From Nitrosopumilus sp. (GTDB lineage Archaea; Thermoproteota; Nitrososphaeria; Nitrososphaerales; Nitrosopumilaceae), in the NCBI GenBank assembly GCA_963667665.2, contig OY763927.2, positions 960,001 through 1,024,000 of the forward strand: DNA of 64,000 bases. Direction: 5' to 3'. The position numbers were made by a program, and so were the translations under genes. Below, one piece after another: positions 58,631 to 64,000 of this stretch. The notes below the pieces were generated by a model. The model did no database searches and was not told the origin of the DNA. It worked only from the letters and a program-made list of their open reading frames with translations. Position 1 is the first letter of the stretch. Every line of letters starts with the position of its first letter.

Positions 58631-59452
58631 ATGGGAAAATCATTTGCAGTGATTGGAGATCCGATTGATCATTCATTGTCTCCAAATATTCATAGTGCAG
58701 TATTTAGAGAATTGAATTTAGATTGTTCATACATTGCTTATAGAATTCCCAAAGGAGAGTTAGAAGTAGGAATTGCAGGATTAAAAAAAATTAAGGTTTA
58801 CGGATTCAACGTTACCATTCCTCACAAAGTAGATATGATGAAGTATCTCGATAAAATTGATGAGTCATGCAGTTTAATTGGTGCAGTAAACACTGTAACA
58901 AATGAAAATGGTATTCTTAAAGGATATAATACAGATATGGATGGTTTCTTGGAACCATTTAAGAAAAAGAAATTAAATATTAAAGATGCAAAAGTACTTC
59001 TTCTTGGTGCAGGAGGTGCTGCAAGAGCAATAGTCGCAGGGTTTGCAAAAGAAAAGGCAAATAGTATAACCATTGCAAACAGAACACTAGAAAATGCAGA
59101 AGAACTTTCAGAGTTTGCAAAAAAAATAGGATTAGTTTCTAATGCAATAAAAATTGAAGATGTAAATGATACAGCAAAAAAATATGATATTATTGTTAAT
59201 GCAACATCAATAGGTCTAAAGAATGAACCAAGTCCAATTTCCTTAGAGAGTATTAATGAAAAAACAATTATTTTTGATATTGTATACATGCCAATGAACA
59301 CAGATTTTATTAAAAAAGCAAAAGAAAATAATGCAATTGTCATTTTTGGATATGAAATGCTCCTAGGTCAAGCAGTGAGATCCTTTGAGATTTGGCATGA
59401 TATGGATGCACCTTATAACGCAATGAAAAAAGCATTGTTGGGGGGATTTTGA
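58631..59452 (+). CDS. aroE: Shikimate dehydrogenase
   Basis: HSLSP, NVTIPHK, GAVNT, NTD and GAGGAA motifs. Confidence 0.97.
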   Translation: MGKSFAVIGDPIDHSLSPNIHSAVFRELNLDCSYIAYRIPKGELEVGIAGLKKIKVYGFNVTIPHKVDMMKYLDKIDESCSLIGAVNTVTNENGILKGYNTDMDGFLEPFKKKKLNIKDAKVLLLGAGGAARAIVAGFAKEKANSITIANRTLENAEELSEFAKKIGLVSNAIKIEDVNDTAKKYDIIVNATSIGLKNEPSPISLESINEKTIIFDIVYMPMNTDFIKKAKENNAIVIFGYEMLLGQAVRSFEIWHDMDAPYNAMKKALLGGF

Positions 59453-60306
59453 TGGCAAAAGCAATGGCTACAGTGCATGGAGCAATTTCCTTGGTAAATG
59501 CAATTGCAATCCAAAAAGGTGCAACTTTAGGAATTGCATTAAAAGTAGAAGCAACTGTTGAGACTAGTTCTGGGAAGGGGATTATACTACAATCTAAAAA
59601 CAAAAGTCTCAGTTCTCGCTTAATCAACAAGACTGTGGAAAAAATTGTTTCAAAAAAAGATTTGGAGCAAAACAAAATTACAATCACACTTGATTCAGAA
59701 ATTCCAACAGGATTTGGACTCAAAAGTTCAAGTGCCATTTCATCAGTAGTAGCACTTGCATGTGCAAAAATATTCAAACCAAAATTTACTGATCAAGAAA
59801 TTTTACTTGCGGGAGTTGATGCATCAATTGAATCTAAGGTAAGCATCACAGGTGCCTTTGATGATGCATGTTCATGTTATTATGGAGGGTTTAATGTAAC
59901 GGATAATGCAAAAAGAAAACGAATTCATTTTGAAAAAGGTCCAACTAATTTAGTCGCAGTAATATTTATTCCAAAAAATAGAAAAAGAGGGAATTTGAAA
60001 AATCTAAAAGTTCTTTCAGCAGTATTTGAAAATGCATGGGAATTGGCAAGAAAAGCAAACTATTGGGAAGCAATGATAATTAATGGATTAGCAACTGCAT
60101 CAATTCTAAATTCAGATCCCGAATTAATTACAAATTTAATTAAAAAAGGAGCACTTGCAGCATCAGTTTCTGGAAATGGACCAGCTGTTGCAGCAATAAT
60201 AAAAAAAGAAAATGAAGCAAATATAAAAAAAGTATTTTCAACATTAGAAGGCAATGTGATTGTTTCAAAAATTAGTAACAAAAAGGCTGAAGTTCATGAA
60301 TTGTAA
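59452..60306 (+). CDS. aroK: Archaeal shikimate kinase (GHMP family)
   Basis: IPTGFGLKSSSA, TGAFDDA and SGNGP motifs. Confidence 0.95.
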   Translation: MAKAMATVHGAISLVNAIAIQKGATLGIALKVEATVETSSGKGIILQSKNKSLSSRLINKTVEKIVSKKDLEQNKITITLDSEIPTGFGLKSSSAISSVVALACAKIFKPKFTDQEILLAGVDASIESKVSITGAFDDACSCYYGGFNVTDNAKRKRIHFEKGPTNLVAVIFIPKNRKRGNLKNLKVLSAVFENAWELARKANYWEAMIINGLATASILNSDPELITNLIKKGALAASVSGNGPAVAAIIKKENEANIKKVFSTLEGNVIVSKISNKKAEVHEL

Positions 60307-61564
60307 AGTTGAAAAATCAAAAATTTCTGGACAAGTAGTTTGTCCTCCAAATAAGAGCTATACACATAGAGCAATTTTTCTTGCATCACTTGCAGGAAAT
60401 AACAGTAGAGTGGATAATGTATTGTTATCTGCAGACACCATTGCAACAATTGAGGCTTGCAAAAAATTTGGAGCAGAGATAGAAATCAAAAATTCATCAA
60501 TTGTTGTCAAAAATCCAATTAAACTAGGCATAAATGTGCCTGAAATCAATACTGAAAACTCTGGAACAACAATTAGAATTGCATCAGGTATTGCTAGCCT
60601 ATTTTCTGAACAGATTGTATTAACAGGAGATTCTAGTTTACAAAAAAGACCAATGCAGCCGCTATTAGATGCATTATCAAGTATAGGAGCACAGTGTATA
60701 TCAACAGATGGAAAACCACCAATCAAAATCAAAGGAAAGATTTTAGGAGGTGATGTAACAATTCCAGGAAATTATTCAAGTCAATTCATTTCGGCATTAT
60801 TAATTAGTGCACCACTAACAGAAAAAGGAATTAATCTAACTATTAAAGGAAATTTAGTTTCAAAACCATATCTTGATGCAACTATTGCTTCAATGAGAAA
60901 TTTTGGAGTATCTGTAAAAACATTAATTCCTTACAAACGATATAATGTACTTCCACAAATCTACAAAAGTGCTACATTTACAGTTCCAATTGATTTTTCA
61001 AGTCTAGCACTACTTCTTTCAGCTGCAGTACTTAATGGAGAAGAAATTACAGTCAAGGGAAATATTGGAAACTTGCCACAAGGGGATGAAATGTTTATTG
61101 ATATTTTAGAACAGATGGGAGTAAATGTCACTATAAGTGATGATGAAATTAAAATTAAATCTCCTAAAAAAATAAACGGAGGAAGATTTGATTTAAGTAA
61201 CTCACCAGATCTTCTGCCACCTCTTGCAATCTTGGCATTGAATACATCTAGTCCAATTGAAATAGTTAATGTAAAGCATGCAAGATTAAAAGAAACAGAC
61301 AGAATTGCAATTATAGCAAGAGAACTTGTAAAACTTGGAGTTAAAGTTCAAGAGAAAGAAGATGGAATGATTTTAAACTCATCTGAAAATCTAAGAGGAG
61401 CAGAATTAAATTCAGAAAACGATCATAGATTATTCATGGCATTTTGCATAGCTGGGATGTTCATAGGGAATTGTACTATAACTGATCCTGAATCAGTTAA
61501 AATTTCATATCCAAATTTCATAGAAGAGATGATTAGATTAGGTGCTAAAATTCAAACCCAGTGA
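60296..61564 (+). CDS. aroA: EPSP synthase
   Basis: KSYTHRA, NSGTTIR, RPMQPL, SSQFIS, RLKETDRI and DHR motifs. Confidence 0.97.
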   Translation: MNCKVEKSKISGQVVCPPNKSYTHRAIFLASLAGNNSRVDNVLLSADTIATIEACKKFGAEIEIKNSSIVVKNPIKLGINVPEINTENSGTTIRIASGIASLFSEQIVLTGDSSLQKRPMQPLLDALSSIGAQCISTDGKPPIKIKGKILGGDVTIPGNYSSQFISALLISAPLTEKGINLTIKGNLVSKPYLDATIASMRNFGVSVKTLIPYKRYNVLPQIYKSATFTVPIDFSSLALLLSAAVLNGEEITVKGNIGNLPQGDEMFIDILEQMGVNVTISDDEIKIKSPKKINGGRFDLSNSPDLLPPLAILALNTSSPIEIVNVKHARLKETDRIAIIARELVKLGVKVQEKEDGMILNSSENLRGAELNSENDHRLFMAFCIAGMFIGNCTITDPESVKISYPNFIEEMIRLGAKIQTQ

Positions 61565-61688
61565 AACAATTTTCAAAAAAACCAACTAAAAGAGACAAAA
61601 ATATGGCCATAAATCATACCTATTTTCTAAGAATTTGCTAAAAATTGGCTCTGAATCACAATTATAAACATGATTTAGCTTTGATAGT

Positions 61689-62786
61689 ATGTTGCCGGGA
61701 AGTTCTATTGGTCAGCGTCTTGTTTTAACAAGTTTTGGGGAAAGTCATGGAAAAGCTATTGGTGCTGTGTTAGATGGCTGCCCTGCGGGATTAGAAATTG
61801 ATGAAAAAGATATCCAAACTATGTTAAATCAAAGAAGACCAGGTCAAAATATTATTTCAACTCAAAGAAAAGAGGGAGATGTTGTTGAAATTATATCAGG
61901 AGTCTTTAGAGGATACACCACTGGGGCTCCAATTACAATGATGATTTGGAATAGTGACCAAAAATCAAAAGATTATGAAAGTTTGAAAACAAAACTAAGA
62001 CCAGGACATTCAGACTATCCTGCCATGGTGAAATACAATCATTATAATGATTACAGAGGGGGAGGTAGATTTTCTGGACGATTAACTGCAACTCACGTTA
62101 TGGGAGGAGCTATTGCAAGAAAATTACTCAAAGTAACATTAGGAATTGAAACAAACTCGTACACATCACAAATTGGAAAAGTAAAGATGGTGAGAGAATT
62201 CAATGAAAAAATGATCAAATCAATTTATAAAAATGATGTAAGATGTCCTGAAAACAAAACTGCAAAAATGATGAGGACAAGTATTTTGAATGCAAGAAAA
62301 AAAGGAGATTCACTTGGAGGAATAATTGAATCAATTACAACAAATGTTCCAGTAGGATTAGGTGAACCAATTTTTAGCTCCTTAGAATCAGATTTGAGTA
62401 AAGCAATTTTTTCAATTCCGTCTGTAAAAGGAGTTGAGTTTGGTTCAGGATTTAGAGGCTCAGAACTATATGGTTCTGAAAATAATGACTTGTATACAAT
62501 TAAGAAAGGAAAGATAATTACAAAGACAAATAATTCTGGAGGAATTCTTGGAGGAATTTCAAATGGAATGCCAATCACTATGAGAATTGCATTCAAGCCA
62601 GCGTCATCAATTGCACAAAAACAAAGCACAGTAGACATTAAGACTAAAAAAGAAACAATTCTTCAAGTTAAAGGAAGGCACGACCCTTGTGTAGTACCTA
62701 GAGCCCCACCAGTAGTAGACTCACTTGTAGCCTTGACCATAGCAGATCATGCACTCCTTGCAGGAACAATCAAGCCTGTTTTATAA
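61689..62786 (+). CDS. aroC: Chorismate synthase
   Basis: FGESHG, RPGHSD, GGILGGIS, FKPASSI and GRHDPC motifs. Confidence 0.98.
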   Translation: MLPGSSIGQRLVLTSFGESHGKAIGAVLDGCPAGLEIDEKDIQTMLNQRRPGQNIISTQRKEGDVVEIISGVFRGYTTGAPITMMIWNSDQKSKDYESLKTKLRPGHSDYPAMVKYNHYNDYRGGGRFSGRLTATHVMGGAIARKLLKVTLGIETNSYTSQIGKVKMVREFNEKMIKSIYKNDVRCPENKTAKMMRTSILNARKKGDSLGGIIESITTNVPVGLGEPIFSSLESDLSKAIFSIPSVKGVEFGSGFRGSELYGSENNDLYTIKKGKIITKTNNSGGILGGISNGMPITMRIAFKPASSIAQKQSTVDIKTKKETILQVKGRHDPCVVPRAPPVVDSLVALTIADHALLAGTIKPVL

Positions 62787-62790
62787 GAAA

Positions 62791-64000
62791 ATGTCAGATA
62801 TCAATGATCTTCGAAATAAGATGGACGAAGTTACACTGGAAATGATAAAGCTACTAAAGACTAGAACAGATATTGCAAAAGAGATTGGGAAAGTAAAAAA
62901 GAATCTAGGTAAAGGAATTACTGATGAATCACGAGAAGGCAATTTACGTGGAAAAGTAATCTCATTATCCAAGAGTATAGGACTTGATGAAACAATTGCA
63001 ACAAAATATTTGAATTTTCTCTTAAATGAATCAATAAAAGTTCAATCATCCAATAAACAAACACACCTATCTATTTTCTTAAAAGCAAAATCACTAGAAG
63101 AGCAAGGAAAGAAGATTATTCACATGGAGGTTGGGGAACCAGATTTTTTGCCACCGCCTATTGTAAAAAAGGCTTTAGAAGAAGTATTTGAAAAAGGATT
63201 TCTAAAATATGGCCAAGCAAAAGGGATGCCAATCTTTAGAGAAGCACTTGCAAAATATATCTCAGGCAAATTCAACACCAAGGTTACACAAGATAATATC
63301 ATAGTTAGTCCGGGTGCAAGATTTTCAATTTTCACGGCAATATCAACACTTCTTAATCCAGGTGATGAAATGATCGTTATAGAACCTGCGTGGCCTGCAT
63401 ACAAAGAATGTGCATTAAACTCTGGAATTAAAGTTAGAACCATCAACACAACCCTAGAAGATAACTGGGAACCATCTTTAGAGCAGATAGAAAATACGAT
63501 TAATTCAAACACAAAAATGATTGTACTAAACTATCCAAATAATCCAACAGGAAGGATTCTTCCTGAAAAATTACAAGACGGTATAGTAGACCTAGCTAGA
63601 AAAAATAGTCTCTATGTGTTAAGTGATGAGATCTATTCGCAATATGCAAAAAGTAGTTGGAAGAGTATTCTAAGTTACAATTATGAAAAAAGTATTGTTA
63701 CTCAATCATTTTCAAAATCTCATGCCATGACAGGATTCAGAATTGGATATGGTATAGCTGATACAAAAATTATTGAAAAAATGGCAAAATTAGAGGCATT
63801 GTGCCTAACAAATGTCTCTGAACCCATTCAATACATAGCTATGAAAGCATTAGAAGCAGACACTTCCAAGAATACTAATACAGTACAAAATAGACTAGAC
63901 GTATTGGTACAGAAAGCAAAAGAAATTGGTTTAGATTTTGTTGTGCCAGATGGTGCCATGTACCTTTTTGCACGAGTTAACCAAGAGGGATTTGACGGGG
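62791..64000 (+). CDS. Chorismate mutase (AroQ)-class I PLP aminotransferase fusion, partial (runs off the window)
   Basis: MSDINDLRNKMDEV...R...IGKVK...D..RE, then HMEVGEPDF, NYPNNPTG, SDEIY and SFSKSHAMTGFRIG. Confidence 0.9.
   Translation, partial: MSDINDLRNKMDEVTLEMIKLLKTRTDIAKEIGKVKKNLGKGITDESREGNLRGKVISLSKSIGLDETIATKYLNFLLNESIKVQSSNKQTHLSIFLKAKSLEEQGKKIIHMEVGEPDFLPPPIVKKALEEVFEKGFLKYGQAKGMPIFREALAKYISGKFNTKVTQDNIIVSPGARFSIFTAISTLLNPGDEMIVIEPAWPAYKECALNSGIKVRTINTTLEDNWEPSLEQIENTINSNTKMIVLNYPNNPTGRILPEKLQDGIVDLARKNSLYVLSDEIYSQYAKSSWKSILSYNYEKSIVTQSFSKSHAMTGFRIGYGIADTKIIEKMAKLEALCLTNVSEPIQYIAMKALEADTSKNTNTVQNRLDVLVQKAKEIGLDFVVPDGAMYLFARVNQEGFDG

Overview
AT-rich archaeal chromosome segment whose gene set points to a Nitrosopumilaceae-type ammonia-oxidising thaumarchaeote. 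That set includes TBP, class I LysRS, Elp3, CofG/CofH, the futalosine pathway, the archaeal aroA'/aroB' shikimate operon and a PEFG-CTERM-like tail. Housekeeping blocks sit at both ends. The centrepiece is a ~14 kb nitrogen-scavenging island (16.2-30.3 kb). It carries a wHTH regulator, a His-tailed group II chaperonin lacking both catalytic Asp, a choline-transporter-like Na+/solute symporter and a ureohydrolase translationally coupled to a divergent urease-gamma paralogue. It also carries a His-rich UreH-type Ni protein and a complete urease (ureABC, divergent ureEFGD). A palindrome GTA-N3-TAC occurs twice upstream of each of the regulator, symporter and ureohydrolase genes, with the proximal copy centred exactly 50 bp upstream of the latter two start codons. 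This suggests a regulon for converting a guanidino compound to urea and then ammonia. Other features are two tRNAs, a candidate box C/D sRNA, a candidate four-way-junction RNA and several small ORFs missed by the ORF track. Three genes are broken by in-frame TGA, one is frameshifted, and a secreted protein has a possible phage-tail-tube-like domain. Family assignments come from motif recognition by eye; no database search was run.
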